Part shown: piece by piece, positions 57,811 to 64,000 of the stretch
How positions within the stretch are numbered: the first letter of the stretch is position 1
Layout of the letters: the number at the start of each line of letters is the position of its first letter
NCBI GenBank assembly: GCA_964527965.1
Contig: CAZGPH010000002.1
Location: 97,072 to 161,071 of the forward strand
Direction of reading: 5' to 3'
Length of the DNA stretch: 64,000 nt
DNA from: an uncultured Marinoscillum sp.
Lineage (GTDB): Bacteria; Bacteroidota; Bacteroidia; Cytophagales; MED-G16
The notes under the pieces: model-generated
The model's input: the letters and a program-made list of their open reading frames with translations, nothing else
Told to the model about the DNA's origin: nothing
Database searches by the model: none
Position numbers and translations under genes: made by a program

Positions 57811-60718
57811 AAAAATAATTCAAAGTCTTTCTAGTATTTTATTAATTATAATTTTTCCAATAGAAATATTAGCTCAACAAAATAAAATTACATCTGATTT
57901 GAGATGGAGAAATATTGGGCCTTCCAATATGATGGGTCGTATAGCTGCTATTGATGCAAGTAATACTGATTATAGAAATGTTTTAATAGCTTCGGCTTCA
58001 GGAGGTGTATTTAAATCAGAAAATGCTGGAATAACATGGGAAAGCATTTTTGATACCTATGGAGCTGGATCAATAGGATCTGTAAAATTTGATCAAAAAA
58101 ACTTGAACACAATTTGGGTTGGAACTGGAGAATCTGCTAACAGAAATTCTAGCGCATGGGGTGATGGGATTTACAAATCAGTAGATGGTGGCAAATCATT
58201 TAAAAATATGGGGCTAGAAAATACTCATCAAATTGCAGAAATTGAAATTCATCCCAATAACTCAGATATAGTATTTGCCGCTGCTGTAGGACATCTTTGG
58301 GGATATTCAGGAGATAGAGGATTATTTCGTACTAATGATGGAGGCAACTCATGGAAAAAAGTTTTAGGAGGTCTACCAAATGATGGTAAAACTGGTTGTA
58401 CAGAAATTATTTTTCATCCTAGTGATCCTGATATAATTTATGCTGGATTTTATCACAGATTAAGACAGCCTGCTAGTTTTGAAAGTGGAGGAGAAAAAGG
58501 TGGTTTATTTAAGAGTATTGATGGAGGTATAACATGGAAAAAAATCACTAATGGACTTGCAAAAGGAAGTAGTGGGATGATAGATATATCAATTCATCTG
58601 AATAACCCAGATATAATGGTTATGGCATATGAAGCAGATGAAAACTTACCTGAAGATGAACCTGGTACTGGTGTATATATATCTTATGATGCTGGAGAAT
58701 CATGGAAATTTTTATTAAAACATGCTGTTAGGCCATTTTACCATGGTCAAATTGAAATTGATCCTATTAACCCTAATAATATTTATGTCGTATCAAGAGG
58801 TTTTATGATTTCAAATGATGGTGGGAAAACATTTGGGCCACGCAGATGGCGGACAGATGGAGGTGATGATCATGATATGTGGATAGCTCCATATGATAAT
58901 AAAATAATGTATATAGCAACTGATCAAGGTTCTCGCTTATCTATCGACGGAGGAAGTACTTGGTTATCTCATAACAATATGGCCATAGGACAGTATTATG
59001 CTATAGGTGTAGATATGAGGGACCCTTATCATGTAGGTGGCGGACTTCAAGATAATGGACTTTGGATGACACCTAGTAATAGTAGAGAGTACAGAGGTAT
59101 CCTTAATATGCATAGTACTTGGATTGCTGAAGGAGATGGATTTCATACTCAAATTGATCCTGAGGATTGGAGGACTGTATATACTGTTAATCATGTTGGA
59201 TTTGTAGCTAGACAAAATATAGAGACAAGAGAATATACATTTATAACTCCAACACCAGAAACTATATCTAACTTCAAGGATTTTGTCAATTTTAAATATG
59301 ATGAGACAAGAAATAAATATACAATTGATCCAGGAGAACATTGGTTTTTTAGAGAAAGACCAGATAGACCCCTTCTTCCACCTCAATTTAGATTTAATTG
59401 GAGCAGCCCTTTTATAATATCATCGCACGACTCAAAAAAAGTTTTATTTGGATCTAATCATTTATTTCAATCAAATGACAGAGGTGATAATTGGAAAATA
59501 ATAAGTCCCGACTTAACAACAAATGACAAAAAGCTAAGAAATACATCTAATGGAGGAGGTCTAACCAATAGCAATACGGGTGGAGAAAATCATTACACTA
59601 TAATTACGATAAGCGATACACCAATTGATACAAGTATCATATGGGTAGGTACTGATGATGGAAATGTCCAGATAACAAAAGATGGTGGAAAAATATGGGA
59701 AAATGTTAGAGATAACTTCAGTAATGTGCCAAATAAATCATGGGTTAGTAGAGTTGAAGCTTCTAAACATAAGAAAGGAACAGCATACGTAACATTTGAC
59801 AATCACAGGTTTGATGATAATAGACCTTATGTGTATGTTACAGATGACTATGGAAAATCATGGAAAAATATAACAGGAAATCTTCCTGAAAAATATTCGG
59901 TCTATGTAATTAAGGAAGATTATATAGATGAAAATTTATTATTTGTTGGAACTGAAGAATCAGTTTATTTTTCAAAAGATAAAGGAAATTCTTGGGAAAA
60001 ATTAGGTAAAAATTTACCAACTGTAGCTATTCATGATCTTGTAATTCATCCTAGAGAAGGAGATATTATTGCAGGAACACACGGGAAAAGTATTTGGATA
60101 TTAGATGATATATCACCGCTTAGATTCTTAAAGAAAGATAAATCTAACCTTCTTCCAACTAGAATATCAACAAAATGGATAAAAATAAATACAGGAAGAA
60201 AACAACCGTATTTTGAATTTAGAGGAGAAAATCCTCCATATGGTGCAATTATTAATTTTTATAGTAATTCTAAAATAAATGGAGAATTATTAATTTCAAA
60301 AGATAAATTTGAATCAGAAGAAAAAGCTCCAAGTTTCAAAAAATCTATAGAAATAAATAAAGGGATAAATAGATTCATTTGGCCTTTTAAGCTTAAAAGG
60401 ACAGAAGAGGAATTAATTAATTACAGAAATAAATTCGTTGACATAAAAGAGTCTTTCAAAGAAATTGTAGTTGACAGGAAAGGATTAAATTCTTATAATT
60501 TTAAAGAACAAAAATCTTTTAGTGATCTTAATAAATTAAGAAAGAAATTTTTAGATAATTATGGTATGTATGCCAATGGAAAGAAAATGTTTGGAGATAA
60601 ATTATATAATGAATTTGATGTCGAGCAGGGAATATATAACGTAATGATTCGCCTTGATAATGGAGATACATTTACAGATAAAATTATTGTTAGAGAAGAC
60701 CCAATAAAATCTAATTAA
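57800..60718 (+). CDS. exported BNR/Sortilin-VPS10-like tandem beta-propeller protein
   Basis: About 972 aa from the ATG at 57800 (MNLKKIIQSLSSILLIIIFPIEILAQ, a signal peptide). Many S-x-D-x-G-x-x-W (BNR/Asp-box) repeats: SVDGGKSF, TNDGGNSW, SIDGGITW, SYDAGESW, SNDGGKTF, SIDGGSTW, SNDRGDNW, TKDGGKIW, TDDYGKSW, SKDKGNSW. Confidence 0.7.
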   Translation: MNLKKIIQSLSSILLIIIFPIEILAQQNKITSDLRWRNIGPSNMMGRIAAIDASNTDYRNVLIASASGGVFKSENAGITWESIFDTYGAGSIGSVKFDQKNLNTIWVGTGESANRNSSAWGDGIYKSVDGGKSFKNMGLENTHQIAEIEIHPNNSDIVFAAAVGHLWGYSGDRGLFRTNDGGNSWKKVLGGLPNDGKTGCTEIIFHPSDPDIIYAGFYHRLRQPASFESGGEKGGLFKSIDGGITWKKITNGLAKGSSGMIDISIHLNNPDIMVMAYEADENLPEDEPGTGVYISYDAGESWKFLLKHAVRPFYHGQIEIDPINPNNIYVVSRGFMISNDGGKTFGPRRWRTDGGDDHDMWIAPYDNKIMYIATDQGSRLSIDGGSTWLSHNNMAIGQYYAIGVDMRDPYHVGGGLQDNGLWMTPSNSREYRGILNMHSTWIAEGDGFHTQIDPEDWRTVYTVNHVGFVARQNIETREYTFITPTPETISNFKDFVNFKYDETRNKYTIDPGEHWFFRERPDRPLLPPQFRFNWSSPFIISSHDSKKVLFGSNHLFQSNDRGDNWKIISPDLTTNDKKLRNTSNGGGLTNSNTGGENHYTIITISDTPIDTSIIWVGTDDGNVQITKDGGKIWENVRDNFSNVPNKSWVSRVEASKHKKGTAYVTFDNHRFDDNRPYVYVTDDYGKSWKNITGNLPEKYSVYVIKEDYIDENLLFVGTEESVYFSKDKGNSWEKLGKNLPTVAIHDLVIHPREGDIIAGTHGKSIWILDDISPLRFLKKDKSNLLPTRISTKWIKINTGRKQPYFEFRGENPPYGAIINFYSNSKINGELLISKDKFESEEKAPSFKKSIEINKGINRFIWPFKLKRTEEELINYRNKFVDIKESFKEIVVDRKGLNSYNFKEQKSFSDLNKLRKKFLDNYGMYANGKKMFGDKLYNEFDVEQGIYNVMIRLDNGDTFTDKIIVREDPIKSN

Positions 60719-62843
60719 TCTCTCCCCTAGCTAACCTAGATAAAAAATCAGCTGTTGACTTATTAACCTTCATTTGATTCTTAAACATCATAAAGTGGTG
60801 AGTATCATCAACAATAACCATTGTCTCCATATAAACTTTTTTATTTCTTAATCTTTGAACCAAATCTGTACTATGTTTAAAATATACATTTCTGTCATCA
60901 TCTGCATGAATGATTAATACCGGAGATTCCCATGTATTAACATCTGCAATGGGTGATGATTCCCAAGCAGTTTTTCTTGCTAATTCATAATCGGGAGCTT
61001 TCTCATAGTTAATAGAGTTTAGGTATCCATATAGAGTCCTATCATGCACACCATGTATATCAACTCCTCCAGAGAATAATTGAGAGTCTCTACCAAGTGC
61101 CATTGCTGTCAGATAACCTCCATAACTACCCCCATACACATAGATTCTATCTTCATCTATATAATTTTGATCCTTTAACCATAAACCAGCTGCTTTTACG
61201 TCTTTGTACTCTGACGCACCCCTAGTACCTCCATCTATTGGATTATGAAATTCATATCCATATCCAATTCCAAGTCTATAGTTAACTGATATTACCACAA
61301 AATCTTTACTTGCTAAATATTGATTTAGTGCATATGCATTTGAGTAGTAAGATGAATAATGCCAACCTAATAACATTTGTCTAGGAGGACCACCGTGGAT
61401 ATATATTATTGCTGGTTTATTTTTTTTATTATCATTCTTCTCAAATTTAGTAGCATAAACTTCAATACCATCTGTTGATTTAAATTTTATTTGTGTTGGT
61501 ATTACCATTTTTTCTAAAGGAAAGTCTTTAGGAATCCTATCTTGAGCTAATATTTTCTTTTTATTTGTACCTAAATCTAATATAGTAGGAAGAGGTGGTC
61601 TTGTTGGAGTTGCACTTATGTAAGCTACATGTTTCAAATCACCAGTAATTAATGGAGTCCATTCCAAACCAATACCATTAGTAAGAACTTTCATATCAGA
61701 CTTATCAACTGATACATGAACTATATGTCTTCTGTCAATATCATAATTATCATCCCCTGTATTTGCTGTAAATACTATTGATTTTTTATCTGGAGATAGT
61801 TTTATGTACTCACACATAAAATCACCTGGAGTTAATAAAAGTGCCTCCCCTCCATTTTCAGAAATAGAGTATAAATGTTGCCACCCATCATGGTAAGATA
61901 AAAATACAATCCTATTGCTTGCCCAATGTAAATTTGTTCCTCCCTGAGTTCTTGGATAAGAACCTCTTAAAGTTTTTGGGGCAGTCCATAACTCTTTACT
62001 TACCATTGATTTAACATCTGTCTTCACTATTTTCCATGGGTTATGTTTCCCACCTAAAATAGAACTTGGTTTACCTGCGGCACCTGGTTGTCTTATATAT
62101 ACAATTTCTTTCCCGTCCGGTGACCATCTTGGTGAAGTATCTCTGTCAAAAGATGGATTCATCCATTTAATATTTTTTCCAGAGAGATTAATTAACATCC
62201 CTTCTGAATCTAAATTAGCTGCCTCATAAATTCCAATAAAGGATCTATCACCTCTGTATGAAACAAATGCTATTTTTGATCCATCAGGAGACCATGAATG
62301 AGATCCGTTTCTTCCTCTTGCATGAAATATTTTCTTAGGATCACCTTTACCATCTATGGAAGATATCCATATCTGTCCATCTTTAATATATGCAATTTCA
62401 TTACTGAGCGGTGATATGACTGGATTTATGCCTTCATCAATCATAATTGGATCTCCACCTGAAAATGCTACAGCCCATATTTGCACCTTTGGAGGAATAG
62501 GATTAAAAGTTGGATTTACAGGGAGTTCATCATCCCAATTAGAACCAAAGTCTCCACCTCTTATATATACTATCCAATTACCATCAGGTGAAATAGAAAC
62601 ACTCGAGAGCTCTTGACCAGTATCTTCCATGTAGGAAGTCAATCTTCTTGCAACAAATTTGGGTCCCATAGCAACATATATATTTCTCTTACCTTCTTCG
62701 TCAAACGCCCAGGCAATTCTTGAGGCATCAGATGAACCAGTCAGTTCATTAGGGAATGGATATGATTTAATTTGATCTAAAGTAAATTCCTCCTGAGAAA
62801 AACAAATGTGTGTGAAAAAAAATAAAAAAATAAAAAATCTCAT
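60711..62843 (-). CDS. exported S9-family serine peptidase (TolB-like propeller + prolyl-oligopeptidase/DPP alpha/beta-hydrolase domain)
   Basis: 710 aa. Signal peptide, propeller blades (SPDGNWIVY, SPDGSKIAF, SPDGKEIVY, SPDKKSIVF), nucleophile elbow GGSYGGY, and later DDDRNV and HH for the Asp/His of the triad. Confidence 0.85.
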   Translation of the reverse strand: MRFFIFLFFFTHICFSQEEFTLDQIKSYPFPNELTGSSDASRIAWAFDEEGKRNIYVAMGPKFVARRLTSYMEDTGQELSSVSISPDGNWIVYIRGGDFGSNWDDELPVNPTFNPIPPKVQIWAVAFSGGDPIMIDEGINPVISPLSNEIAYIKDGQIWISSIDGKGDPKKIFHARGRNGSHSWSPDGSKIAFVSYRGDRSFIGIYEAANLDSEGMLINLSGKNIKWMNPSFDRDTSPRWSPDGKEIVYIRQPGAAGKPSSILGGKHNPWKIVKTDVKSMVSKELWTAPKTLRGSYPRTQGGTNLHWASNRIVFLSYHDGWQHLYSISENGGEALLLTPGDFMCEYIKLSPDKKSIVFTANTGDDNYDIDRRHIVHVSVDKSDMKVLTNGIGLEWTPLITGDLKHVAYISATPTRPPLPTILDLGTNKKKILAQDRIPKDFPLEKMVIPTQIKFKSTDGIEVYATKFEKNDNKKNKPAIIYIHGGPPRQMLLGWHYSSYYSNAYALNQYLASKDFVVISVNYRLGIGYGYEFHNPIDGGTRGASEYKDVKAAGLWLKDQNYIDEDRIYVYGGSYGGYLTAMALGRDSQLFSGGVDIHGVHDRTLYGYLNSINYEKAPDYELARKTAWESSPIADVNTWESPVLIIHADDDRNVYFKHSTDLVQRLRNKKVYMETMVIVDDTHHFMMFKNQMKVNKSTADFLSRLARGEIN

Positions 62844-62846
62844 GAA

Positions 62847-64000
62847 TTAATATTTTGCAGGAGAATTAGGGATAGTTTTTTTAATGAAGTCTCTTATATC
62901 ATCATTTGAATTTTTCAAATCTTCTCTTCTTAAATACATCATATGACCACTCTCATACCCTTTAAAAGATAATCTGTCTTTCATTTTACCACTTGGGTCT
63001 AATTGCCACATAGTATATTTTGCATCAAAATACTGAGTAGCACCATCATAGTAACCTGATTGAATCATTACATTTAAAAATGGGTTCTTTGCCATAGCCT
63101 GTCTCAAATTATCTCCTGTGTTATCATTGTCCCTATTCCATGGTCTAACATTTCCCCAGACGTTATAATTCATATTTGTTTTATAATTCAAATCATTATT
63201 CAGATAGTGTTGCATTGCAGGGGTAAATGCATGATCCCAGGCATCTAGTTCAGGATAACTCCCTACTGATACTCCAGAATTTTTTTTATCAATACCTCTA
63301 TATCTAGAATCTAACCTACCTAATATAAAACCCTCATCATATAGTAATTTTTTCCAAAAGTATTGATTTGATACATCAAGATTATTATCAGTGTAATCTC
63401 TATCGGTTAGACCTGAATACCTTCCTGCTTTCTTTGCAATTTCATTTTTCTTATTATCAGAAATAGAATTACCAAGAGAGATTGCTGGTAATAGTTCATC
63501 GATTGTAAAGTTTTCGACCTCGCTTAATAGATCTAATAATTCTCTACTCTGAAGTTCATCATCTAATTTATTATGGTACCAAGCAGTTGCTGTAAAATAT
63601 GGTAATCTTAATGCTGAGTCAACAGGACCATCTCTTTTAATTCCAAGGCCTGTAGGAGAAACTAAAATAACACCATTAAGATACGTAGTGTGCCACCTAC
63701 TTTGAAGCTCTAAAGCCATACCAGAACATCTTGTTGTTCCATAACTCTCACCAATAAGATATTTTGGAGAGAGCCATCTATCATATTTATTTATAAAATC
63801 CTCTACCCACTGTGATAAATATTTTATATCAGAATTTACTCCAAAAAAATTCGATCTATCATAATCTTTATCTAATATTCTCGAAAGACCTACATTCACT
63901 GGATTAACGTAAACAATATCTGCAACATCAATTATTGAATACGGATTTTCTTTTATACCATATGGTTGAACAGGAAATCCTTCATCATCTATATTTAAAG
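62847..64000 (-). CDS. S10-family serine carboxypeptidase-like protein (5' end beyond window)
   Basis: The frame stays open upstream of the track's GTG at 63899 (...DIVYVNPVNVGLSR) all the way to the window edge. Nucleophile motif GESYGTTR, as in the GESYAG of S10. Late HMMY histidine. Confidence 0.7.
   Translation of the reverse strand, partial: LNIDDEGFPVQPYGIKENPYSIIDVADIVYVNPVNVGLSRILDKDYDRSNFFGVNSDIKYLSQWVEDFINKYDRWLSPKYLIGESYGTTRCSGMALELQSRWHTTYLNGVILVSPTGLGIKRDGPVDSALRLPYFTATAWYHNKLDDELQSRELLDLLSEVENFTIDELLPAISLGNSISDNKKNEIAKKAGRYSGLTDRDYTDNNLDVSNQYFWKKLLYDEGFILGRLDSRYRGIDKKNSGVSVGSYPELDAWDHAFTPAMQHYLNNDLNYKTNMNYNVWGNVRPWNRDNDNTGDNLRQAMAKNPFLNVMIQSGYYDGATQYFDAKYTMWQLDPSGKMKDRLSFKGYESGHMMYLRREDLKNSNDDIRDFIKKTIPNSPAKY

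Noticed and set aside
1-64000. Search for defence systems, toxin-antitoxin pairs, prophage or transposon content
   Set aside because: I recognised no nuclease, methylase, ATPase-effector, integrase, transposase or phage structural signatures in any frame. The only hit is a YwqK/MORN-like protein (37680..38237), which is a lipoprotein with no adjacent toxin.

Overview
This is an AT-rich (about 30% GC by eye, not computed), very gene-dense chromosomal window. About 60 protein genes and 2 tRNAs fill 64 kb, and intergenic gaps are mostly under 90 bp. The gene content points to a streamlined, probably marine Bacteroidota/Flavobacteriia genome. Supporting markers are a T9SS C-terminal sorting domain, a TonB-dependent receptor with a CarboxypepD_reg N-terminus, DUF5916- and DUF2723-type proteins, many TPR and lipocalin-like lipoproteins, and perfect Bacteroidetes TAnnTTTG -7 boxes before both tRNAs. 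Most of the window is housekeeping: purA-fur-RSH, tRNA-Leu, tig-clpP, lpxB, queD, icd-leuACDB, aspS, tadA, sod, uvrB, aroE and pruA. I see no CRISPR array, transposase, integrase, phage genes or recognisable defence system. Three regions deserve a second look. (1) 41.7-47.4 kb is a minus-strand envelope block. It encodes a membrane-anchored protein ending in about 17 tandem nonapeptide FQKFMKGAD repeats, a 1021-aa HExxH-peptidase/beta-propeller/beta-barrel protein, a PrsW-type intramembrane protease and a small YKSQAD-repeat protein. (2) 50.7-57.8 kb is a tightly packed co-directional cluster of an exported DmpA/BapA-type S58 peptidase, mmsA, a class-III aminotransferase, a Na+ symporter and an exported amidohydrolase. 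I read it as a beta-/omega-amino-acid (beta-alanyl compound) scavenging pathway. (3) 57.8-64 kb is an adjoining set of exported peptidases. Also notable: 8 of the 11 convergent gene pairs overlap or abut, so no convergent junction has room for an intergenic terminator. All functional calls rest on motif recognition by eye; no database search was run.
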